Source: a virus
IMG/VR virus record: IMGVR_UViG_3300017446_000010
Span: 1 to 42,036 of that record
Length of the DNA: 42,036 nt
Direction: 5' to 3' (one strand)
Part shown: positions 6,614-15,239 of the stretch, in pieces
Layout: the number at the start of each line of letters is the position of its first letter
How positions within the stretch are numbered: position 1 is the first letter of the stretch
Program-made: the position numbers and the translations under genes
The notes under the pieces: generated by a model
Databases searched by the model: none
Told to the model about the DNA's origin: nothing
The model's input: the letters and a program-made list of their open reading frames with translations, nothing else

Positions 6614-9559
6614 TCATGGCTGAAGCCCCTGCTGGTTGGCCTGGGGGTCGCCTGTATTCCCCTCGACGGGTGCGTTGCGGTCAGGGCCTTCGCTCGCTGC
6701 GAGACGTGTCGGGCTCACCGTGAACGCCTCCGCCAGTCGTCGTTGGAGGTCCAGAACCTCGTTCGCGATCGCAGGCTCAGCGCGGGCGATACGCGTTAGG
6801 CGTTTTACCAGAGCCGCGGACTTGGTTTCGTCCGGCTTGGACTTCATTGCCGCGCGCCCAACGACGGTCAGCGCGTCCTTGGTCCAAGCCCGCATGGCGG
6901 GATTCGCGAGAAACAACTTCCCTGAAAGGTATGCGGCCGGAACTGCCGCAGCTACTTCAGCTGCAGCGCCAACATTCCCATGCCAAAGCGCCGTGCCCAT
7001 CGTCGCAAGCAGGGCACCGGAGATGGTGTTCTTAGCCGTGTTGCTAAAATTGCGCGCCTTATCCAGCGTTCTGAGGCGGGCAGAATACTTTGCAATATCA
7101 GCGATTTGGTCGGTTGCCTCTTTGCCGAACACGACATTCCGGGCTTGCGGAGCCAAGTTGTCATAGTTCGTCAAGAAGGTATTGAACGACCATTCGGTGC
7201 CAAGGTCGTTCTGCTGCCCCGCCAGGGCGCGCCCCATGTCGTCAATGTGCGTGGCTGCGAAGGTGCTGCGCGCATTGCTAGGGAGGTTAAACCAAGTCTG
7301 CCGAAGGCGTGCGAGATTACCGCCCTTGCGCTGCATGTCTCCTACGACGCCGTTGTAGACGGCTTCCCCGCCTACATCCGTGTCATCGCGGTAAGATTTC
7401 AGCGGCTTCTTCAATGCGCCCTGTAGCGTGGCCGAGCGAGTACGCCAGAACGCATCAGCGTCCTTTTGCGCCTGGGCCGCAGACCCCGGCCCCGCACCTC
7501 GACCAGCAGCCAAGTCGGCTTGCTGAGCGGCAGTCATTACGTCATCTTCGATTGCCTGCTCGAGCTGACCTACGCGCCGCGTGATTGCGGGGGTGGCGCT
7601 GTTGCTCTTCGTGAGATTGCGCACGACGCCACGGATATGCGAAAGCGCCTCGGTTGCTTCACCGAGTGTTACAGGGCCATCTTCGGGTAGTGCGTTCTCC
7701 AAGGCACGAATAGCCGGATGCTCTCGCAAAGCTGCAAGGGCTGGGCTGGTTGGGAATGCTTGCGAGAACTGCGCAAACTGCGATCGGGTCTCTGCCAGAG
7801 GCACGGCGACGGACGCGCCGCCCATAAGGTTATCGCGCTGGCGGTAGAGCGCTCCGCCTTGCCGTGATGTCAGTCTCTCATATGCGCGTGCGCCTCGAGC
7901 CAAGCCAGCCCCAGCCTCTTGACGAGTGCTTACTGTCCCAATCTCTTCAGCAATTCCGCGAGCGGCGTTCCGCAAGCCCTCGGTCTCACCGTCGACCGCT
8001 TTGGAAACAGCCGTCATCCCGCCGGGCAGATTCCCTAGCCCCATCTGGACTGCCCGAGCTGCGAAACCTCCGTTCGTAGCTGGCGTCGCTGGGATGCCGT
8101 AATCTTGGCCGATCTCGGCGACGCTTCGCTCAGCCGTAGCGGCACCCTTAGCAGCAGCACGCGCACGCAAAGCTTGGGCGATGCGACTGCCCGCATAACC
8201 GGTAGCGCCGCCAGCAACGGCACCGACTGCGGCGCCAGTCACAGCCCCGGCTGCGCGGTCGACGATCCCGCCTTCTGCGTCACCGGCGCCGTAAGCGCCA
8301 CCAAGGCCCGCTGCCTCTTGAGCGGTGCGCGTGGCAAAGACACGCGCAGCAACGGCCTGTGCAGCTTCCTTAGTGGCCCCGCCGCGGATCGCTGCGATGC
8401 CCGCTGCTCGCGCCGCACCGGTCGCGCCGCTCGGGATGACGGCTCCAGCAAGAAGCTGGCCCCCAAGCCGAGGCAGGAAGTTGTTCTGTTCGTCGTAGGC
8501 GCTGACCGCGCGCTCTTTCTGAAGCGCCTTCTCGTAGTCGCCGCCATCGAGCACGGCGTTGAGCTCGTCGTCGAGCCCGACAACGGCCGGGATGCCACGC
8601 ACGAACGCGCGCGCACCCTCGGCAACACCGCCCTCGCCGCGGACGTCCGTGATGTCGACCTCGGGCTTGACGTATCCGAACTGCGGCGCAACGCCGGTCT
8701 TCTTGAATGCGTCGATTGCGTTCTGCGCTGCCTCAGGCGTGATCACTAGCCCGCGGTCGCCGATCCATTTGACGATGCTGTCGGGCGTAGCCGTCGGCAG
8801 GAACGCGGCGAACTGCGCTTCCTCGTCTGCCGTCAGGCGCTTTTCGTTGGCAGGCTTGGCGACATTGAACCCGATGTCGCCCCCGCCCTGTGGAGGCGTG
8901 CCGGGAGCGGGCGGCGTCGCGGTAGGACCCGCCGGGGGCGTGGCTGCTGCGCCTACTGCCCCCGCCGTGCCAGATGTCTGATCACCTCCTTCCGTCTGCG
9001 CCTTGGGGAAAAAGTTGGGATAGGTTTTCTTCAGGTCTTCGGTGACGGCCGAACCTGCTGAGTCGATTAACCCGCGGATAACTCGTTCGCGCGCCCGGGC
9101 CTTGGCCTCAATAACCTTGGGTCCCTCGCCAGGCTGCGGGAAATAGATGCGGTCTTGGGTCGCGATCTCGCTTTCGGGCAGATTGGCGCCAGAATCCTTA
9201 CGCAGCGTGGCGGCGATAAACTCTAGCTTGCTAGTGTCAGCAACCTGCTGGCTTTCGCTGTTGCCGCCAAGAAACTCGGGAACGGTGTTGGCGAGATCTG
9301 GAAAGTTGGCATTGAAAGCCTTCCCCGTTACCGATCGCGGACCAAGTCCCTGCTGCTGATAGGCTGCTGCGGCTCCAAGCGCGCGACGCAGGAAGGACGC
9401 AGCATTGGACTGCTCCACGCCTGCCGGCTTAGCGCCACTTGCTCCACCCGAACCGCTAGCGCCCTGCGCCACACGCCATTCGCCATCACGAAAGACGATC
9501 TTCCGACCGTCCTTGTGGGTTGCGGTTGCGCCTTCGGGGAAATCACCTTGTGCCATCAT
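6614..9559 (-). CDS. Large internal virion / DNA-ejection protein (about 981 aa)
   Basis: Position equals the P22 gp20/gp16 slot. Ala/Gly-rich with long helical stretches. The ATG at 9559 overlaps the upstream stop (TGATG); the track start at 9562 is TTG. Confidence 0.6.
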   Translation of the reverse strand: MMAQGDFPEGATATHKDGRKIVFRDGEWRVAQGASGSGGASGAKPAGVEQSNAASFLRRALGAAAAYQQQGLGPRSVTGKAFNANFPDLANTVPEFLGGNSESQQVADTSKLEFIAATLRKDSGANLPESEIATQDRIYFPQPGEGPKVIEAKARARERVIRGLIDSAGSAVTEDLKKTYPNFFPKAQTEGGDQTSGTAGAVGAAATPPAGPTATPPAPGTPPQGGGDIGFNVAKPANEKRLTADEEAQFAAFLPTATPDSIVKWIGDRGLVITPEAAQNAIDAFKKTGVAPQFGYVKPEVDITDVRGEGGVAEGARAFVRGIPAVVGLDDELNAVLDGGDYEKALQKERAVSAYDEQNNFLPRLGGQLLAGAVIPSGATGAARAAGIAAIRGGATKEAAQAVAARVFATRTAQEAAGLGGAYGAGDAEGGIVDRAAGAVTGAAVGAVAGGATGYAGSRIAQALRARAAAKGAATAERSVAEIGQDYGIPATPATNGGFAARAVQMGLGNLPGGMTAVSKAVDGETEGLRNAARGIAEEIGTVSTRQEAGAGLARGARAYERLTSRQGGALYRQRDNLMGGASVAVPLAETRSQFAQFSQAFPTSPALAALREHPAIRALENALPEDGPVTLGEATEALSHIRGVVRNLTKSNSATPAITRRVGQLEQAIEDDVMTAAQQADLAAGRGAGPGSAAQAQKDADAFWRTRSATLQGALKKPLKSYRDDTDVGGEAVYNGVVGDMQRKGGNLARLRQTWFNLPSNARSTFAATHIDDMGRALAGQQNDLGTEWSFNTFLTNYDNLAPQARNVVFGKEATDQIADIAKYSARLRTLDKARNFSNTAKNTISGALLATMGTALWHGNVGAAAEVAAAVPAAYLSGKLFLANPAMRAWTKDALTVVGRAAMKSKPDETKSAALVKRLTRIARAEPAIANEVLDLQRRLAEAFTVSPTRLAASEGPDRNAPVEGNTGDPQANQQGLQP

Positions 9560-10323
9560 CAATCCAAGATGAAACCGGCAGGCAGTTTAGACGGCTTGCC
9601 GCCACCTTTGCCGCCACCAGATGACTTACGATCCGCCCGTGCGTCATCACGCGCGCGCCCGGCGATGGCTGCCGTCGTTGCTCGCTCGCTGTTCACAACA
9701 CGACGCTCGGTCAGATCCATGCGCCGTTCCTCGCGGGCATCCTTGGCCGCGTCGCGCTGTGCCTTGTCGCTGTAGCCCAGCGCGTCGAGCACCGGCCCCG
9801 CGTCTTCGCCCAGCGTGCCACCAATCACGATGCCTGCGATCGCCTTCGCCTTGACGAGGTCGCCGGACTTGATTGCAGCCAGCGCGGCGTCGGTAACTTC
9901 CGTGCTCTCGCCAGTCTCGGCAAGTGCGGCGCGGCGCTGCTCGAGATCCTTGACGGCTTGGCCGGTCAACCCGGCGTTGAGAAACCCACCGAGCCGCATC
10001 GCCGCGTTGACGTTGCGCGTCTTCTGCGCGCCGGTCTGCTGGTCGGCCAGCGCCTTGAGCGCCGTTGCCTGCTCTGGGTGCTTCAGGAACAGGTCCTGGA
10101 TGCCCTGCGACGTCGGGTTGGTCATGTACCCGCCGATGTCGGCCTGCCAGGCAGCGTCCTTCGCCGCCTTCGCCTCCGTTTCCTGACGGGCGAGATCGAC
10201 GCGCTGCTGCTGGATCTCGGTCTGCGCATCGATCGCGTGGTTCTGCCGACGTATCTGCAAGCCCTGCATCAGCGGATTGAAGTCCGGCTGTGTGAGCATG
10301 GCGGAGTAGTTAATCGGGTCCAT
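9559..10323 (-). CDS. Internal virion / ejection protein, 254 aa
   Basis: Syntenic with the P22 ejection genes. Helical and charged, with C-terminus KSSGGGKGGGKPSKLPAGF. Confidence 0.5.
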   Translation of the reverse strand: MDPINYSAMLTQPDFNPLMQGLQIRRQNHAIDAQTEIQQQRVDLARQETEAKAAKDAAWQADIGGYMTNPTSQGIQDLFLKHPEQATALKALADQQTGAQKTRNVNAAMRLGGFLNAGLTGQAVKDLEQRRAALAETGESTEVTDAALAAIKSGDLVKAKAIAGIVIGGTLGEDAGPVLDALGYSDKAQRDAAKDAREERRMDLTERRVVNSERATTAAIAGRARDDARADRKSSGGGKGGGKPSKLPAGFILD

Positions 10324-10325
10324 GG

Positions 10326-10742
10326 TCAGAATCCCGCCACTGTGCCGGCGATCTTCAGGCCGGTGTTGAAGTTGTTCGCGACGAGGTTGCCTTGCGCAAT
10401 CTGACCGCCTGCGATCGCTGCGCCCTGCTGGGTCAGCTGCTGGCCGATGATCTGACCGGTCTGGATGCCCGCGTTGCCGACACCCGCCGCGGCGTTCTGG
10501 CCAAGGGACGACACCTGCCCCAAACGCTGGAACTGGTTGCTGATCACGCTCGACAGAAGATCAGCCCGGAAGTTCGCCAGGCTGTTGTTCGTGTTGCCGC
10601 CACGCAGCCCACCCGTCGCCGATGCGTTCTGAAGGATGGCTTCCTCGCCCTGCCGGACGCCGGTGGTGTACTCGGGTGACGTCAGTAATCCGCTGATGGC
10701 ATCCGACTGCGATGCGGTGCCGTTCAGGCCGATGAGGCCCAT
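10326..10742 (-). CDS. Gly/Gln/Ala-rich internal virion / ejection protein; the true start is probably upstream (up to 10946) at a non-canonical codon
   Basis: The frame stays open and protein-like for 68 codons upstream of the ATG at 10742 (ISFIGDAIGSVVGGLTGAKQSAKGAAAAAQ...). This stretch has no ATG, GTG or TTG. GGAG lies 8 nt before an ATT at 10946. Confidence 0.5.
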   Translation of the reverse strand: MGLIGLNGTASQSDAISGLLTSPEYTTGVRQGEEAILQNASATGGLRGGNTNNSLANFRADLLSSVISNQFQRLGQVSSLGQNAAAGVGNAGIQTGQIIGQQLTQQGAAIAGGQIAQGNLVANNFNTGLKIAGTVAGF

Positions 10743-11067
10743 CTGCTGTGCGATCGCTTTCGATCCAGCGTCGACGAAAGGCTGCTGTGTTGCGGAGTTC
10801 GCCTCGCGAGCGGCGCGGGCTTCGGCGATAGCCTTGTCGGCGGACGATGCTTGGGTCTGAGCGGCAGCAGCAGCGCCCTTGGCGCTCTGCTTGGCGCCGG
10901 TCAGGCCACCTACTACCGATCCTATGGCGTCGCCGATGAAGGAAATGGGTCAAGCTCCGAAACTAGTTCAGGAGCGACGCCGGCTTTCGCATGTACTCGG
11001 ACCAACACGCTTTACTACCAAAGCGACTCGTGCGCAAGTGCTGTCCGCTACGCCACGAGGATTCGCG

Positions 11068-11394
11068 ATGTTGCTCATTATTGCCGCCCTGCTCGCTGGT
11101 CAGTCGGCGACCACGACCTGCCAGACGCACTCTGGCATCACGACATGTGACACGCGTGACACCGGGATCCAGCCATCTGTGCCGCCTACCGATTACAGCT
11201 CGCGCATGGCGCAGATCGACACGTCAGGGTTGGACACCCTCGCTGCCAACGTTCGGGCAAACAAGGGACGCAAGGCGCGCAAGAAGGTAGGCAAACTGAT
11301 TGCGGCCGGTCAGTGCGACGAAGCAGTCTCGGTAGCACTCAACGCCGGTGATCTAAGCCTTGCCAGTCAAGCGCGAAGCTTCTGCCGACGCTGA
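11068..11394 (+). CDS. Small secreted Cys-containing protein, 108 aa (opposite-strand moron)
   Basis: The ATG at 11068 is preceded by ACGAGGA. Signal-like N-terminus MLLIIAALLAGQSATTTC. Lies on the + strand inside the - strand tail module, downstream of an AT-richer spacer. Confidence 0.55.
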   Translation: MLLIIAALLAGQSATTTCQTHSGITTCDTRDTGIQPSVPPTDYSSRMAQIDTSGLDTLAANVRANKGRKARKKVGKLIAAGQCDEAVSVALNAGDLSLASQARSFCRR

Positions 11395-11850
11395 CGCTGT
11401 CCAATCCGCCCGAGTTAAGCCGAGAATGATGATGTCGGTCGGCTCGCCGCGAACCATGCACGCGTGCCGCCTTCGCCCTTCGTCGGTGAAGCCCAGCTTG
11501 CGGACCATATTGGCAGCAGATCCCAGCGTTCCGATCACATAGGCCGTCGCGCGTAAGACGACCGGATCGGCGAACACCTGCGCCAAGAACAGGTGAGACA
11601 GAGCGCGCCCATGCGCCACAGCCTCCCGCTTGATCGCAACGTGCACCTCGGTTTCGTAGGCCGTGAACCGCACCGCCATGAACAGCCCGACGAGGCGGTC
11701 ATCGGCATATGCCCCGTGGTAAGTCAGCAGCGGGTGATCGACATACGCAGCAGCGCGGTCATCCCGGCGCAGCTTCGGCGCTATCCACGCATCCCGCAGC
11801 AGTGCGTCGACAGCGTTTGGATCGTCCAGCGGCTCAACGCGCAGATTCAC
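11353..11850 (-). CDS. GNAT-family N-acetyltransferase (RimJ/RimL-like)
   Basis: RLVGLFMAV...VAIKREAVAHGRAL...NMVRKLGFTDEGRRRHACMVRGEPTDIIILGLTRADW matches the GNAT fold motifs. Confidence 0.75.
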   Translation of the reverse strand: MNLRVEPLDDPNAVDALLRDAWIAPKLRRDDRAAAYVDHPLLTYHGAYADDRLVGLFMAVRFTAYETEVHVAIKREAVAHGRALSHLFLAQVFADPVVLRATAYVIGTLGSAANMVRKLGFTDEGRRRHACMVRGEPTDIIILGLTRADWTASASAEASRLTGKA

Positions 11851-12356
11851 GGCGTCAGGCTGTGGTTCGCACGACCATCGATCACCAGAGCAGCCACCGT
11901 CTTCGACAGCGCCGCAACCTGATCCGTCAGCGCTTGGACATCGGCCTGGGTGTAAGTGGCGGCTGCTGTGCCGCCAGCGTAGGCCGGGAGCGGTGCTCGC
12001 GAGGGCGTGGCAAGGGGCGCACTGAAGGTTGGGCCAGCGTCTTTCTCCACTTTGGTGTCAGCAAGATCGTAAGCGTCGTCTGCGCGATCATAGGCGTCGT
12101 CGGCACGCGCCATTGCGGCGTTGGCTGAGCCTTGGGCGAACTCGGCAGTGCTTTGCGCCACCTCGCCCGTCGCTTGCGCTGCTTCCCCGGTTGCCTGAGC
12201 CGTCGTTGCTGCCTGCTGCGCAACAGCCGTGTCCGCCGGCCCGTCGGTGTATGCAGCAGCCTGAAGATCCTCGACGAACTGCACCGCCTGCGGACTGGTA
12301 CCAAGGCCAGTCGACGCGATCGACCGACGATCTAGCGTTGTGTAATCAGGCCGCAC
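11847..12356 (-). CDS. Tail needle (P22 gp26-like trimeric coiled coil)
   Basis: Follows the gp10 homologue. Heptad-like repeats (ATGEAAQATGEVAQSTAEFAQ, DDAYDRADDAYDLAD) and C-terminal TYTQADVQALTDQVAAL resemble P22 gp26 TYTQSEIQAIANAL. The GTG at 12356 has a GAGGGG SD; the longest ORF starts with TTG at 12383. Confidence 0.6.
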   Translation of the reverse strand: MRPDYTTLDRRSIASTGLGTSPQAVQFVEDLQAAAYTDGPADTAVAQQAATTAQATGEAAQATGEVAQSTAEFAQGSANAAMARADDAYDRADDAYDLADTKVEKDAGPTFSAPLATPSRAPLPAYAGGTAAATYTQADVQALTDQVAALSKTVAALVIDGRANHSLTP

Positions 12357-13761
12357 CGCCAAGCCCCTCGATCTGCGCCTCAAGCCGCGCGAACGCGACG
12401 GGATCGGTCAGCCGCCCCTCGAAGCGGTAGCCGCGCCAGTTGCGCACCAGCCCACACTGCCGCCATGCTGGCCGCGCCGATCGATTGCCGCGCGCACCAG
12501 TCCTCGACGGGCGCTGCTGGCTATAGGTGCTGCCGTCGTTCGTATAGGACATCATCACCGGCGCACTGGTGTCGCCGCTGCGGCCTGCCATAGCGACGAG
12601 CTCTAGACTATGCAGGATGGCACCCATGCCGCCATTGTAGATGAACAGCGTGTCGAATGCATAGCGCGGTGCGGTGTCGAACACCGTTGCGATCGCGTCG
12701 TCGACAACACCGATCTTGACTTGTGAACCCGCCCACCACCGCCCGTTGAACAGCGTGAAGTGACGCGGCTCGTAGCCTGCATCAGCCGACACACCGCTTG
12801 CAAGGCGATACCACACCGGCTGATCCAGCTGCTGCGACGACACCCAGCCGTAGACCCATGTCTGGCGAGGCAGATGCACCAAGAGCTCGAGCTGGCCAGA
12901 CGAGTTGCGCTGCTCGACCTCGATGCCGGCGAGCTCATCGGCCGTCAGGCGGGACAGCTCGTCATCCATCGCACGCGGGCTAATCTTGATCGCCTGGCCG
13001 GAGCCCGCAAGATAAACCGCGCACGTCTCATTGCGGCCCGACCCGACGAATGCGAACGTCTCAACGAACGGCGAGAAGGCGTTGGGCCCGACGCATCCTT
13101 TGCCGATCTCCGCACCACGGTTGCGCGCGAACGGGAAGCCAGTCGTGCCTCGGTTGCTGAACACCTCAATCGAATAGCGGTTGAGCGCATAGACTTCACC
13201 GCGCAGGGCGAGCAGTCCCGATATGGGATCCGGCACAGCCTCGCTCGAGCCATACTTCAGCGGGTCGATGCTCGTCGGGTCGTTGAGTTCGGTGATGACG
13301 ATGCTCGTGCCATCGGTCGTGATGAAATACCCGTCGGACCAAGCCAGCGACAGCACCGGCCCCAGATCCGCGTCGGTGACTTGGGTCAGCGCCGTGCCGC
13401 TATAATACCACAGCGCGGCCCCGGAGTTGATGGCGAGGCGGTCGAATGATTCCGCCCATGTCACCGGCCCACCCGTGCCGACATCGCCGACGGGGACTAT
13501 CGTGCCATCGTCCAGCATCATCGCCAGCTTCGTGCCGATCACCCGGTAATGCTTGCCCTTCCAGACGTAGCCACCACGGTCAGCGTTCGCGATTGTAGCC
13601 TTCGTGGCGATGCCCGCCGGCGAGCGCAGATAGCCCTTGCTGATCCCGCTACCGCTGCCATCGCCGCTCTCGACGACCGGCACCATGTTGAGCGGATGGG
13701 ATTTGTAGAAGTCAGGCGTGGACCGACCCACGATCCCAGACAGGATCGGGATTTGCGTCAC
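12346..13761 (-). CDS. Tail hub / head-completion protein (P22 gp10-like)
   Basis: 471 aa versus 472 aa in P22 gp10. GYLRSPAGI matches P22 GYLRSFPGI. Sits between the gp4-like and gp26-like genes. Confidence 0.8.
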   Translation of the reverse strand: MTQIPILSGIVGRSTPDFYKSHPLNMVPVVESGDGSGSGISKGYLRSPAGIATKATIANADRGGYVWKGKHYRVIGTKLAMMLDDGTIVPVGDVGTGGPVTWAESFDRLAINSGAALWYYSGTALTQVTDADLGPVLSLAWSDGYFITTDGTSIVITELNDPTSIDPLKYGSSEAVPDPISGLLALRGEVYALNRYSIEVFSNRGTTGFPFARNRGAEIGKGCVGPNAFSPFVETFAFVGSGRNETCAVYLAGSGQAIKISPRAMDDELSRLTADELAGIEVEQRNSSGQLELLVHLPRQTWVYGWVSSQQLDQPVWYRLASGVSADAGYEPRHFTLFNGRWWAGSQVKIGVVDDAIATVFDTAPRYAFDTLFIYNGGMGAILHSLELVAMAGRSGDTSAPVMMSYTNDGSTYSQQRPSRTGARGNRSARPAWRQCGLVRNWRGYRFEGRLTDPVAFARLEAQIEGLGGAA

Positions 13762-14156
13762 CAGCCAAACATCCAGCGATCACCGCCACCGATGACGCGC
13801 ACCGCAGAACGGATCGACGTGGGGATCACGAGCGTCGCCGCGTGCACCGCATCCTTGCCCATGCGTGCGTCATGCCGAACGTTGCCCAGCGGATCCTTGC
13901 CATAGGTCGGCGCCAGCTTCAGCGCGAGGTTGGAGATGATCGCCTCGTCGAAGTCCGCATCTGTGCCAATGTCGGTCTCCCGGCTGGGTTCGTCCCCGCT
14001 TGGCACATAGCCGACGAGGCCATTCCAAGGCGCCTGAGCCATCATCGTATCGAGCCGGCCGAACGCCTGTGCAATCTCGTCTGGTGTCAGGTCGAACGTG
14101 TAGGATGCGAACCCGATGTCGGCGAACGCGCGGTCCAGGATGGTGCCGCGGTTCAT
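13758..14156 (-). CDS. Head-to-tail adaptor (P22 gp4-like)
   Basis: ILDRAFADIGFAS..LTPDEIAQAFGRLDTMMAQ parallels P22 gp4 [33 protein letters not shown]. The ATG at 14156 overlaps the upstream stop (ATGA). Confidence 0.7.
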   Translation of the reverse strand: MNRGTILDRAFADIGFASYTFDLTPDEIAQAFGRLDTMMAQAPWNGLVGYVPSGDEPSRETDIGTDADFDEAIISNLALKLAPTYGKDPLGNVRHDARMGKDAVHAATLVIPTSIRSAVRVIGGGDRWMFGW

Positions 14157-15133
14157 CGAACCACCTCGTACCAAGTACCACCCGTCGACTGCACGACCGT
14201 GCCGACCGGAAGGCTGAACTGCTTGGCCTTCTCAACACCCAGCTTGATCTTGCCGTCGCGATTGCCGTCAGGAAGCACCTCGCCAGCGTTGAAGCCGCGA
14301 GGGGCGGCGATGATCGGCGTGTTGATCGCATAGCCCTTCGCATCGCGGGTGCAATTCTTGCCCCACGTCACCCGGGCAGCCTTGCCGCCCCACTGGAGCA
14401 GCGTGCCGGCCGGGACCGCGATGACGCATTCCTTGACGACGATCGAGACGGGGTACGGGTTCTCGATGCGCAGCACTGGCGCCGTCGTGGTGCTGCCCAC
14501 GACGAGCCGATCAATGACGACCGTCTGGGCGGCCTTGGCGTTCAGCCAGACATGCGCGCCCGACGGATTGCGGCTGGTCAGCGTGCTCGCCGTGATGTCG
14601 TTCCAGAAGCGGTAGTTCCGGCCGTTGCGCTCAGCGACGAGATCCTCGAGGCGGGCATGGCCCTTTAGGTCGAACCCGCCGTCGCTGTTGTCGGTCGAGA
14701 CGTCGCGGCGATAGGTGACGCGGTAGACCTGCGCCTCCTGGCTGAACCCGTCGCCGTTCGTGTACTTCTTCGGGACGTAGACCATCCGGTGCCCGGTCGC
14801 GGTGACGTCCTCGATCAGGACGTCGTGGACAGTCCCGCCGATGTCGATCCCAACCGGCAGATCGCTGCCTTTCGTCATGCCCTTGGTCGTCATCGAGCCG
14901 TTGCGGATCACGATGTCGTGCGCGTTGCCGCGTAGGCGGACACCAGCGCGGCCGTAGCGCAGGTTGAACACATCCATGCGCAGGCCCGTCGCCTCGTCGA
15001 GCGCATCAATATAGCGGTAGCTGGTGAGGTTGGTCGCCTTCGTGATGAGTGTCCCCGGCTTGAGCGGTCGGTCAGGACCGGCAAGCGCAGGGGAAGCGAT
15101 CAAGACGAGTGGCAACAGCAGATGGCGGATCAT
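14153..15133 (-). CDS. Signal-peptide-bearing right-handed beta-helix protein (putative secreted glycanase or lyase)
   Basis: Sec-type N-terminus MIRHLLLPLVLIASPALAG. Repeated short beta-helix-like rungs (VRLRGNAHDIVIRNGSM, IGGTVHDVLIEDVTA, DNSDGGFDLKG). Confidence 0.6.
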   Translation of the reverse strand: MIRHLLLPLVLIASPALAGPDRPLKPGTLITKATNLTSYRYIDALDEATGLRMDVFNLRYGRAGVRLRGNAHDIVIRNGSMTTKGMTKGSDLPVGIDIGGTVHDVLIEDVTATGHRMVYVPKKYTNGDGFSQEAQVYRVTYRRDVSTDNSDGGFDLKGHARLEDLVAERNGRNYRFWNDITASTLTSRNPSGAHVWLNAKAAQTVVIDRLVVGSTTTAPVLRIENPYPVSIVVKECVIAVPAGTLLQWGGKAARVTWGKNCTRDAKGYAINTPIIAAPRGFNAGEVLPDGNRDGKIKLGVEKAKQFSLPVGTVVQSTGGTWYEVVR

Positions 15134-15239
15134 GTCAGTTGACCTGTTTCATAGGGAGATTTGAGTAAGATTTGTACAAAACATCACATTGCGCATGTTC
15201 CGACGACGTGGCTTTATTCGCCACGAAACGGGGGATTAC

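Noticed and set aside
10561-10953. 130-aa - strand ORF starting with TTG
   Set aside because: The translation is Arg/His-rich (MTHFLHRRRHRIGSRW...). It overlaps the Gly/Gln/Ala-rich ejection-protein frame, which looks far more protein-like.
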